Below are positions 1 to 11,060 of a stretch of 64,000 nucleotides of DNA, one piece after another. The stretch covers positions 53,134,001-53,198,000 of the forward strand of contig OZ024744.1 in NCBI GenBank assembly GCA_964016885.1, given 5' to 3'. Under the pieces are notes generated by a model that saw only the letters and a program-made list of their open reading frames with translations, did not search any database and was not told the origin of the DNA. The stretch is from Eledone cirrhosa. Its lineage: Eukaryota. A program made the translations under genes and the position numbers. Every line of letters starts with the position of its first letter. Within the stretch, counting starts at the first letter, position 1.

Positions 1-948
1 CTCGTCTAATTTTCTAACTAGTTCTCCCTCTGCTCTATTTTTCTCTATTGCTAAAGCCTCACTAAACCTAATCGATTCTATTCTAATCGCTCTTTTCAGA
101 GCAAACCACCACTTGTTGTTGACGATGGCCCCCGTCAACGCCCGCTTAACTAGTTCGCTAATCCGGTCTCTGTAGGCCTTGCGCGCTGGTAAGGACGCGT
201 TTAGCTTCCAGTAGCCGGGTCCTCGTCTATGAAGCCTATCTAAGTCAAGCACACAGATCACGAATTTGTGGTCCGTGTAGCTGACTATCTTGAATTGTGG
301 ACAGCCTATGCTAGACCTATATATTTCCCGACAAAATACTCTATCTAGATATGATCTGGATGACCCTATGCAATTTGTCCAAGTCCACATTGGCACATTC
401 GGAAAATCCAATCGGTACCTGTCAGACAGTTCAAAACGCCTGAGCAGGTTGGTGAGGCTCTTGCACCCTCCACCCCTATCCGCTAATCCCACACAGTCCC
501 AGCGTGCATCTAAGATCCCATTCCAGTCGCCCACTAACACTAAAGAGAGGGACGTTCCAAGAAAGGTCTCCAGACGCCGGAAGAAATCAGGCCGCCCTGC
601 TCCTGTCGGGGCATAGACGGCCACTAGCCTGAAAGCTTGCCCGTCTCCGCTGGTCACGTCCAGCACCCCCAGCTTACCCTCTGGGTCCAGGAAGATGGGC
701 CGTATGGCGAGATCCAAACCTCTCCGAAAAAGCACAGCAACTCCTCCACCCGATCCAGGACGGCTGGGAGATGCGTACACATCGTAGCCGCCGAAGATCG
801 GTGCGAAGGCCCGTGCTTCGGAGATTCTGGTCTCGCTGATGGCCACTACATCTATGTTTAGTGACCTGAGGTCGTTGAGCAGGTGACCCTGCTTCCATGA
901 CGACCCCAAGCCACGCGCATTTATGCTGCCTATTCTGAGTGAGGTCAT
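1..948 (-). CDS. Tx1 ORF2 N-terminus (APE-type endonuclease), open to the window edge
   Basis: Manual translation from ATG 948 is collinear with copy C ORF2 (11026) and shows the APE motifs; I saw no stop before position 1. Confidence 0.8.
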   Translation of the reverse strand, partial: MTSLRIGSINARGLGSSWKQGHLLNDLRSLNIDVVAISETRISEARAFAPIFGGYDVYASPSRPGSGGGVAVLFRRGLDLAIRPIFLDPEGKLGVLDVTSGDGQAFRLVAVYAPTGAGRPDFFRRLETFLGTSLSLVLVGDWNGILDARWDCVGLADRGGGCKSLTNLLRRFELSDRYRLDFPNVPMWTWTNCIGSSRSYLDRVFCREIYRSSIGCPQFKIVSYTDHKFVICVLDLDRLHRRGPGYWKLNASLPARKAYRDRISELVKRALTGAIVNNKWWFALKRAIRIESIRFSEALAIEKNRAEGELVRKLDE

Positions 949-1043
949 GTTTAAAATAGAGTGGAAAAGATGGGAAAGACCACTTACCGTACTTTTGGTA
1001 GAGGAGGGATGGTTTTTACATCCCTTTTCACTTGATCGTCTGG

Positions 1044-3092
1044 TTAAGGGACCGTTGAATCGTCCCTTCGGCTGGTCGTCGGCTCTTCTAAGAGAATGTC
1101 TGAATATACTCTTCGATTGATGGTTCCTCCTAGGTCCCTGAAATCACCAACTGCGTTGGGGAATTTCGTTTTAATGTTTGTGTATTGTTTCTGTGCTATT
1201 TTTAGCAGTCTTATGTTAGTTGGCATTTTGATTGGTGCTGGTATTATGTAGTCCTGTTGTGAAATGTCTGTGTGTTCAATTATGTAAGTCATTAGTTTCT
1301 TGTTGTGTGTATTTATTGCCGTGCATTTGTTTTTCTGGGGGTGGGGTGTGGTTCTGCTATTTTCTTGTCGTTGTTGCTGGGTGTGTGTGTTTTGTTGTTG
1401 TGTTTGCGATGTTGGTGCTTGCGGTGGTGGTGTTGAAGGTGTTGTTGGCGGTGGGGTTGTCGCCGGTGGTGATGGTGGTGCTAGTGTGGGTGGTGATGGT
1501 GTTGGTGTTGTTGCTGCTGTGGGTCTATTTGCAGTAGACTTTACCCTTTTCTCATTTCTTTCCTCCCTTTTCAAAGGGGACGATGCGCTGCTTCTGCGTT
1601 TGTGCCTTCTTACGACCTTTTGCCATCCCTCTCCCACCTCACACTCCATGTCTGATTCTGTGAGGTCGGGGAGGGGTACCAGCTCCACTCTTTCACTTGT
1701 TGTTGTTGGTGATGTTTGCACTGGAGTCTCTGTTGCAGCTGCATTTGGTATTGCTGTTGTTGTTGTTAATATATCCACTGCTGCTGCTGTTTTTGATTTC
1801 CGTGGAGTGGGTATGGGTGCCACGGACCTATCGTTCCTGGTTGCCGCTTGTCCTGTTGCTGGTAGCCGTGGAGCCGGATTCGGAAGGAGGGGGGTTTTCT
1901 CCTTTCTCAGGGTCTTCTCGTTGCAGAAGGCCCTGAGGTGAGTCTTCGATCCACAGCGAAAGCATTTCGGGCGTTTGCCCTCAACACTTATGGGCAGTTG
2001 AGTGCCGTTATCGAAGTCTATCACATCCGGGATAGCTTCGATGCACTCCTGGTTGGTTTGGATTAGCATCTCAATGGAGGTGCCTACCCAATCTTCTCTT
2101 ACTTTTTTCTGTACTTGCAGTACAGTTGTTTTGTCCTCGATTCCGACGAGGACAGACGCGGCCAGCCAAGAAGGGGCCATTCCGGGGGGGGGGGGGACGT
2201 GGGTCAGTTTGACCCTCACAATTTTTTGCCCGCAGTAGGAGGGCACCAACACCATTTCCTCGCTACTTAGGGTCACTACTGATTGGGCCTTTGCCTCCTG
2301 GGGTGTGGAAAAAAGTACGTCTACGGTGGCATATTTTTTGCCTCGGGTGATGTGCGTTTTCCGCTGCCACACAGACCCCAAGGCCTTTTGTATTTGGGCC
2401 TCTGTGGCTCTTCCACCCTACGGGATTTTTGTACTTACTGTACGGTACGTGACCGTACAATGCTCTTGGGTTTCGAAAAATTTTTCCGCTGCCTTGCAGA
2501 TTGCTCGGTGTCCATTCTTTGTCACCATCTTCTTCGCTTCCTCTAATTCCTCATTTGTTATGAGGATTGTTTCCAAGTTTTTCGCAATACCTGCAAATGA
2601 AATTGGTTTTTCTCTGCTGCTGCTGTTGTTGTTGTCGTCAGAGCTGCTGGTACTTTTGTTGTTGCTGCAGGTACTACGACTACTGCCTCCGCCGCTGTTG
2701 CTGTGGTTGTTGTTGGTGTTGCTGCTGCTAATTCTGTTGTTGTTTATGCTGCTGGTGATGCTGTTGCGGCTGCTACTGTTGTTTTCATTGTCACTGTTGC
2801 TGTTGTTATTACGGCTGCTACTGCTATTATTCCTGACGTCAGACGAATGAACTGGGTTTTCGTATTTCCCGCACACCTGTTTCGTCGCTGTCGTCGTCAT
2901 CGTGGAGAAACCTTGCACGCTTTGCACGAGACTTTTCTTTTCTTTCGTCACTTGCGAAAGAGAAGGGATGGAGAGAGACACATTTAAAGAAGGGAGGGAG
3001 AGAGACAATCTTCTCTCTGCTGTAGTGATGATTGAGGAAGAAGAAGACGGAATGAGTGGGAGTGACGTATGAAATTTCTTTTTCGTAGCCAT
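1044..3092 (-). pseudogene. Tx1 ORF1 (gag-like: RRM-like region, CCHC knuckle, Pro/Thr linker, C-terminal domain), interrupted by a stop at 2418
   Basis: ORFs 2418..3092 and 1044..2381 are in the same frame and homologous to the other ORF1 copies. Confidence 0.85.
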
Positions 3093-3306
3093 GTTGTTTT
3101 TTGTTTAAAATGAATATTGGGTACAAAATCCCAATAACTGGTTATTTAACCCCGAAGGGCCAAATAACGGACAGAAAGATCCCTCTCACGAGGAGGAGGG
3201 TGTCTTTATCAACAATTTGGTTCAAGTTTTAAACAATTTACAATTGTTTTAACGGTTAAAAATTACTATACCTTACAGAGCCGAGCCTCCGTCAACCATA
3301 GCATTC

Positions 3307-3331
3307 AATAATAATAATAATAATAATAATA
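3307..3331. repeat. (AAT)n junction tract
   Basis: aataataat... seen directly between copies A and B. Confidence 0.95.
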
Positions 3332-6300
3332 CGCCGAGGTGGATGTTCCACCGGTACTAGTGCCCAGCTGGTAGAAGGTTGTGAGCGCTTGGAGACATTC
3401 CAGCTTCCAAACGCTATCCCTCGGTCTTTTTCTGATCCAGGAATGCAGCACCGTCGAGAAGACGAGCTGGGGAAAAACACCTCAGGGAAACGGTGACCAC
3501 ACCTGTTCACCGCCAATGAGAGCACTAGAGATGTCGCAGCCTCAGCGCATGTTTGCGCATCATCAGCCACAGCATGCCTAGCCCTCTACGCAAGGTGGGT
3601 TGACAGTAGATGTATCGTCTGACCATGGGAGCACGTCCCTTCCAAAACAAGTGGAAGAGGAGGCGCTCCATTTTGGTCAGATTTGGGCGGGGCCAACGCA
3701 CGACGGTCAGGCGGTGGCAAATGACGGACGCGATGTACGCATTCGACACCTCCGCCCGACCTTTCTCAGACAGCCTCCTCTCGGCCCATTTCTGGGTGAG
3801 AGAAGCCACCTTGCTCGTCACATTTCTCCATCTGGAGGTACGGACCGAATCAGACCCCGAGCAATTTAACTGGTCCTTCCGTCCAGCGCGCCACGACCCT
3901 GTCGGACGGCATGTACTCGCCTCTCCAGGTGCCGAGTTGCAAGCCCACCGACTTTTTCTGGTTTATCTTTGCTCCTGTCACCTCTTCGTATTCCTTGAGA
4001 GCGGTGCCGAGAATCTGGAGGTGTTTGGTGCTCGACACCACCACTGTAACGTCATCGGCGTAAGTTGATACGGATCTCCCGCATCCCAGTTCGCGAGGGA
4101 CTCCCTCATGGTCTCCAATTTGTGCAGTAATGGCTCGAGGGCCAATACGTACAAGAGGGACGAGAGGGGACAACCCTGACGGTCCGAGCGCATGATGCTC
4201 AACGGGTGCGGCAGGTGACTATTCACCCTCACAATAGAGCAGATATCACGTCGGTTGCGACGCCTGTCCTATACTCCTCTTCTAGCTTTCTAACTAGCTC
4301 TCCCTCAACTCTCTTTTCCTCAATTACTACTTCTTTGCTAAACCTTATCGATTCTGCCCTAATAGCCCTTTTCAGGGTAAACTACCACCTGTTGTTAACG
4401 ATCGGACCCGTCAACGCACGCTTAACTAATTCGCTAATCCAGTCTCTGTAAGCTTTGTGCGCCGGGAACGACGCGTTCATCTCCCAGTAGCCGGACCCAT
4501 GCCTATGGAGTCTATCTAAGTCAATTCACAGATCACAAATTTGTGGTCCGTGTAGTTGACTATTTAAATTATAGACAACCTACACTAGCCTTATCTGTTT
4601 CCCTACAGAATACCCTATCTAAATACGATCTGGATGACCCGATGCGGTTTGCCCATGTCCACATTAGCACATTCGGATAATCCAGTCTATACCTATCAGA
4701 CAGTTGAAAACGTCTGAGCAGGTTGTTGAGGCTTTTTCACCCTCCTGCGCTGTCTAATAACTCAACATATTCCCAGCGTGCATCCAAGATACCGTTCCAG
4801 TCGCCCACTAAAGAGCGGGACGTTCCAAGGAAGATCTCTAGACGTCTGATGAAATCTGACCGTCCTGTCCCTGTCGGGGCGTAGACGGCTACTAGCCCGA
4901 AAGCATTGCCTTCGCTGCCGGTCAAGTCCAGCACCACCGACTTACCTTCTCTCCAAAAAAGCGCAGCAACACCTCCTCCCGCTCCCGGACGGCTAGGAGA
5001 TGTGTACACATCGTAGCCGCCGAAGATCGATGCGAAGGCTCGTGCTTCGGAGATTCTAGTCTCACTGATGGCCACCGCATCTATGTCTAGTGACCCGAGG
5101 TCGTTCAGAAGGTGACCCTATTTCCAAGATGACGCAGGCGACGTACACTTATAATGCCTATTCTAAATACGCCCATGCTGGATGAGGAAACGGGGCAAGT
5201 GAGAAAGGATCACTTACCTTAATCGTGTGGGGAAGGGACAGTAGAACCGTCCCTTCGGCTGGTCATTGGTGTCTCCAAGATGATATCCGTATATATTCTT
5301 TTGGAGAGTGACCCTCTGAAATCCCAAACTGCGTTGGATAATTTTTGCTTTAATTGTTTATAGTCTTCGAGTTTAATTGTAACGTTTCTGGTTAATGTTC
5401 TTGGTGTTGTTGGGGTGTGGTAATTTAAGTCTGTAATGTCTGTGTGTTATTTTATATAGGTTCCATTAATCCTTTGTGTGTGATATTTATATTTTTTGGG
5501 GGGTGGGGGTAGGGTTGATTCTGTTGCTGTTTTCTTGCTGTTACTGTTGGGTGCGTGTGCTTCGTTGTGTTTGCGATGTTGATGTTTTGGGGGATGCTGG
5601 TGGTGGTATGGTTGTTGTTGGTGGTGATGATTGTGGTGGTAATGGTAATGGTGGTCGTATTGCTGTAAGTCTCCTCGCAGCCTTTACCCTTCTTTCTTTG
5701 CCTTTGCTTTTGGAGGGAGAAGCTGTGGTCATTTGGCGTTTGATCTTTTTGCTGACAACCATTTTCCACATCTCACCCGTTTCATGCTCCATATCCGACT
5801 GTGAGATGTTGGGGACGGGTATGAGTTCTACCCTTTCATTTGTCTTTGTTGTTGTTGGTGGTGGTGGTGGTGGAGCCTGGCCTGCCGTATTTGGTACATG
5901 TGCAGCTAGGGCAACTGATTTTATTACTGCAGCAACCACCGTTGTTTTTATTGTCTGTGGCTTCGGTATGGGTGCCACGGACGCTGTCTTCCTACTCTCT
6001 GTAGAAGCTCCCTACTTTTTCGCTGACTGCTCTGTTGGCAGCGGTTTCGGCGTTGGAAGGAGGGGGACCTTGGCCTTTGTTATTTTCTGTTGGAAGCACT
6101 TTGGGCTTCTTCCTTCCAGACACGACCAGCTAACGCACGGGTACGTAGGGCGGGAACTGGGTTACCCTGACATTTGCAATTTTTTCCCGCAGTAAAACAG
6201 GACTAACGTTATGTCATAACTCCGTAGGGTCCTCAGTGAGTGTGATTTTTCTTCCTGGGTGGAAGCAAAAAGGATGTCCACGGTAGCATATTTCTTGTCT

Positions 6301-7141
6301 CGGATGATGTGGGTTTTCCGTGCCCACACAGTTCCCAATGCCTTCTGGATTTGGGCCTCCGAGGCTCTCTCCACACGACGCGATTTCATGGCAATCGTGC
6401 GGTATGACACTGTGCGTCGCTCTTGTTCCTCCAGGAAGTCGGTTGGTGGTTTCAAGGAGACTGACAATTCAGTTCTGGTTAGCACGTGTCTTGCGACCGC
6501 CATCTCCTCCTCTGCGACCAGGACTGTTTCTACGTTGCGAGCCACCTTTGCAAAAGAGATGGTCTCTTTTACAGTGACGTCATTGTTGCCACCGCTACTG
6601 CTGCTACTGGTCTTGTTGTTGGTACTGTTGTTGTTGCTACTGCTACAAACGGTGTTGTTGGTGTTGCTGCTGCTGCTGCTGCCACATGTGTTATTGTTAA
6701 TGCTGCTGCTGTTGCTGCTCCCTTGTCAAATGCATCAGCAGCAGCCCCTTCTCGACCACCGCTTGATGAAGAAGAGAAAGAAATGGCCTTCACCTGACGT
6801 CCACTATGTGACGATGAAGAAGACAAAAAGGAAAGCGAGACACCACGCTGACAGCTGGATGAAGAAAGACGAGGTTGAGAAGGATACCTTGCTGAAGGAA
6901 TAATTTTTGTGTGGAGACATGGTAATGCAAAGTTCAAATTGTGTGGAGACATGCTAATGCAAAGTTCAAATTGGAATTTAGCCCCGTGGCGCTAAATACC
7001 GATTAATTTCGACGACCTCAAGAGAAGCGGTGTGTGTTTAAACACAGAAAATAACATTTTTTACAATAAGTTCGCAATAAAAACTGTTCAAAAATCACAA
7101 ACTTACGGCAACAAAATTTCCAGCGACGTGTATACTTCCAC
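3332..7141 (-). mobile_element. Tx1 copy B, 5'-complete, internally deleted, 3'-truncated in ORF2
   Basis: ORF1 fragments (WARKTHI..KYATVD), ORF2 ATG 5176, APE fragment 4737..5075, RT fragments (RQGCPLS, YADD). A large deletion lies near 4250. Confidence 0.88.
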
Positions 7142-7156
7142 AATAATAATAATAAT

Positions 7157-7343
7157 TGTTTCTCCGTTAGGCACAAGGCCAGCAATTCACCAGTCTATTA
7201 CTGGTACTTTATTTTATCGACCCCGTAAGGCTGAAAGGCAAAGTTAACCTCGGCGGGATTTGAACTCAGAATGGCAAGGGCCGTAACTCTATGCGTCAAA
7301 GCATGGCGTCCGACTCTCTACCGATACTGCCAATCCATCGCAC
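7157..7343 (-). mobile_element. tRNA-derived SINE with (ATT)n tail
   Basis: Sense strand has A-box-like TGGCAGTATCGG and B-box GAGTTCAAATC. It is homologous to copies at 49.6, 50.8, 52.9 and 60.6 kb and is flanked by (AAT)n at 7142-7156 and 7344-7364. Confidence 0.88.
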
Positions 7344-7608
7344 AATAATAATAATAATAATAATGTTTTCATTATTAAACACAAGGGTTCACATAAAGTA
7401 GACATTAAGGACAGTACAGGACAATACAGGACGGTACAAATGGGCATTTCTGCGTGTAAAAAAATCAGAGGATGAATTAAAATAACAAAGAAAAATTCCC
7501 CAATAGGGGGGAGACTTCCGAGGGACATTTGTGGTGAAAGCCCATTAAAAGACCACAGTGGCCCTGACCACCAGGGCAAGTGCCCTCTCCCAGTTTTCCA
7601 CCTTTAAT

Positions 7609-10600
7609 TTACAGACACATACTCAGAGAAGGCCCATTCATTCGGGCCATACTTGCTTCTCTCACCCATCTTTCAACAAAATGCTGGGAAGAGAGCACTT
7701 CCCTCTCTACCCTGATTTTCCTTTTCAGATGAAATTTGAAAAAGTTAATCAGGGCATCACCGAAGAGGTAAGTGCTCGTCTTCAGCCCTTTCAAACGTGT
7801 CCACCATACTATCTCTTTCGCCATGGCCACCAGACAGATAAAAACTGCCTGCCCTTCCCGGCTAAAGGAAGGGGGCGGGGCAATCCTCACGATGGACTCA
7901 GCTGATAGCTGGATCCGTCCTACACGTGACAGCAGGTGTTCGACATAAACCCACAAGTCAGTAATGCTCGGACACCGGACGAGTGCGTGCAGGACGGTTT
8001 CGTCGCCCTGTGCGCATCTCGGACATGCCCGGCTGACGGCACCTCCATGACTGTAGAGTTTATCCCGAACTGGCAAAGCTCCTCGGTAGCACTGCCAGGC
8101 CAGGGATTTCTGGAAGTTGTCCATAGGCCCCGGCCCGAAAGTCCTTCCGAAGAGATTGGCTAGTTGATTTTCATCGACGCCTAGAGTTTCTCCAAGTACG
8201 TCGTCGCTCTTCCCCTCCACTAATCCCCTATAGAACGCCAAGGTGGAGTTTCCACCGATCACATTGCCCGATTGGTCGAGGGCTGTGAGCGCCTGAAGAC
8301 ATTCCAGCCTCCAAGCGCTCCCTCTCGGTCTTCGCTTGACCCAGGACTGCAGTTCCGTCAAGGAGACAAGCTGGGGAAAAACGTGTCTAGCAAACGGCGA
8401 CCACACCTGATCACCGTTGAGGAAGAGGTGGAGATGTCGTAGCCTGAGCGCGTGTCTGCGCATCATCAGCCACGGCATGCCCAGCCCTCCACGTAGCGGG
8501 TGTTGACAGCAGATGGACCGCCTGACCATCGGAGCGCGTCCCTTCCACAAGAAGCGAAAGAGCAAACGCTCCAGCGCAGTCAGGCGGGGCTTAGGACAAG
8601 GTACGACGGTCAGGCGGTAGTAGATGACGGATGCGATGTACGCATTCGCCACCTCCGCTCGACCTTTCAGGGATAGCTTCCTCTCCGCCCATTTCTGGGT
8701 GAGAGAAGCCACCCTGCTCGTCACCTCGTCCCAGTTTTTGTCCGTCTGGAGGTCCGGACCGAACCAGACCCCTAGCAATTTAACCGGTCCGTCCGTCCAG
8801 CGCCCGACGTGGCTGTTGGACGGCATGGACCTGCCTCTCCAGGTGCCGAGCTGCAGGCCCACTGACTTTTCCTGGTTGATCATTGCTCCTGTCACCGCTT
8901 CGTATTCTCTTAGTGTAGTGCCGATCGCCTCGATGTGTTTGGCGTTCGACACCACTACGGTGACATCGTCCGCATATGCTGACACGGATCTTACGCATCC
9001 TAGTTCAGGCGGTACCCCCCTCAACGTCTCCAGTTTGTGCAGTAATGGCTCGAGAGTCAATACGTACAATAGGGACGAGAGGGGACAACCTTGGCGGACC
9101 GAGCGCATGATGTTGAACGGTTCCGAAAGGTGACCGTTCACTCTCACTACAGAGCAGATGTCGCTGTGCATGGCAGCGATCCAGCCTCTGAAGACGGGCC
9201 CAAAGCCAGCCGCCCTCAGGACTGCCGCTAGGTAACGATGGTTGACCCTATCGAAGGCTTTCGATTGATCTAAATTGATCAAAGACCCACCCTTGCCAGG
9301 TTCCCTAGCTACCCTCTCTACGATGTATCGCATGAGGTGGAGGATGTCGTGGATAGATCTGTCGGGAATGGCGCATGTCTGTGCCTCTCCCACCAGACCA
9401 CCAACGACAAGCGCCAACCTCTTTGCTAGCACCTCGGCCAAAATCTTGAACTCTGTGTTTAGCAGAGTTATGGGCCTAAAATTATCTATGTTATCCCCCT
9501 TGTTAGGATCCTTTCTCAGCAGCGCCACCGCTCCTCGGCTCAGAGCTGGGAATTCTCCCGTTCTGTTGCCAGTTGCAGTAGACGTCCGCCAAGAGGCCTC
9601 CGAACAAGTTTGGCATTTGTACGTAAAGTTCATAGGGCAGACCATCCAAACCAGGCGATTTACCCCTTGTGCAACTAGTCATTGCATCCCGTACTTCAGC
9701 GGTTGTTATCGGCTTTTCGCAACACTCCGCCTCAGTGGCCGAAAGCCGCGGCAGTCCGTCGAGGTAGACACTAAAGTTCATCCCTCGATCCGGCCCGCCA
9801 CTGCCCCCGAACAGTTGAGCGAAGTGTCGCTGAAAAGCCTCACACATTTGCCCGGGATCGAGTAGCATGCGCCCGTCGTGGTCCACCAAAGACCGGATCG
9901 TGGCTTTGTTGCCACGACGCGCCTCCGCCACTCGGGCCCATTGAACGGCTTTCGTCCCCTCGTGTCTGAGAGCACGCACCCTATCTCGGACAACGCAGCC
10001 TTCGTGCTTTGCATTGAAGAATTGGTCAAGGGCCAATTTCGCCGCAAGTACGTCGGTCGCGATGCCTTTGCTAAGCGCCTCATCTAATTTTCTAACTAGT
10101 TCTCCCTCTGCTCTATTTTTCTCTATTGCTAAAGTCTTACTAAACCTAATGGACTCTATTCTAATTGCTCTTTTCAGAGCAAACCACCACTTGTTGTTGA
10201 CGATGGCCCCCGTCAACGCCCGCTTAACTAGTTCGCTAATCCGGTCTCTGTAGGCCTTGCGCGCTGGTAAGGACGCGTTTAGCTTCCAGTAGCCGGGTCC
10301 TCGCCTATGAAGCCTATCTAAGTCAAGCACACAGATCACGAATTTGTGGTCCGTGTAGCTGACTATCTTGAATTGTGGACAGCCTATGCTAGACCTATCC
10401 ATTTCCCTACAAAATACTCTATCTAGATATGATCTGGTTGACCCTATGCGATTTGCCCAAGTCCACATTGGTACATTCGGGAAATCCATTCGGTACCTGT
10501 CAGACAGTTCAAAACGTCTGAGCAGGTTGGTGAGATTCTTTCACCCTCCTTCCCTATCCACTAATCCCACACAATCCCAGCGTGCATCTAAGATCACGTT

Positions 10601-11026
10601 CCAGTCGCCCACTAACACTAAAAAGCGGGACGTTCCAAGAAAAGTCTCCAGACGCCGGAAGAAATCAGGCCGCCCTGCTCCTGTCGGGGCATAGACGGCC
10701 ACTAACCTGAAAGCTTGCCCGTCTCCGCTGGTCACGTCCAGCACCACCAACTTACCTTCTGGGTCCAGGAATATGGCCCGTATGGCAAGATCCAAACCTC
10801 TCCGAAAAAGCACAGCAACTCCTCCCCCCGATCCCGGACGGCTGGGAGATGCGTACACATCGTAGCCGCCGAAGATCGGTGCGAAAGCCTGTGCTTCGGA
10901 GATTCTGGTCTCGCTGATGGCCACTACATCTATGTTTAGTGACCTGAGGTCGTTGAGCAGGTGGCCCTGCTTCCATGACGACCCCAAGCCACGCGCAATT
11001 ATGCTGCCTATTCTGAGTGAGGTCAT
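7609..11026 (-). pseudogene. Tx1 ORF2: APE endonuclease + reverse transcriptase + C-terminal Cys motif; one premature stop and one frameshift
   Basis: ORF pieces 10541..11026, 9503..10489 and 7609..9645 carry KSPGLDG, RPITLLN, DQSKAFDRV, RQGCPLS, YADD and CPRC..ETVLHALVRC. Confidence 0.93.
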
Positions 11027-11060
11027 GTTGAAATGGAGTGGAAAAGATGGGAAAGACCAC

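Larger units (their letters stand above)
1..3306 (-). mobile_element. L1/Tx1-type non-LTR retrotransposon, copy A (5' end, ORF1 and start of ORF2; runs off the left edge)
   Basis: ORF1 has a CX2CX4HX4C knuckle (CFRCGSKTHLRAFC). ORF2 starts at 948 (MTSLRIGSINARG..., SETR, VYAP, GDWN, YTDH motifs of an APE endonuclease). The 5' end abuts (AAT)n at 3307. Confidence 0.92.

Noticed and set aside
1232-2987. Hydrophobic antisense ORFs opposite Tx1 ORF1 (also at 5.5-6.9, 11.4-12.9, 19.5-20.2 and 43 kb)
   Set aside because: Shadow frames of A/C-rich low-complexity coding sequence; not conserved between copies.
7255-7343. tRNA gene
   Set aside because: Only A/B-box-like motifs within a multi-copy SINE; no cloverleaf.
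7520-7575. GTGG-TCAGGG-CCAC resembling the P1 loop of a pistol ribozyme
   Set aside because: No AAA linker, GCG or GU cleavage context, and the stem is not kept in families D and G.
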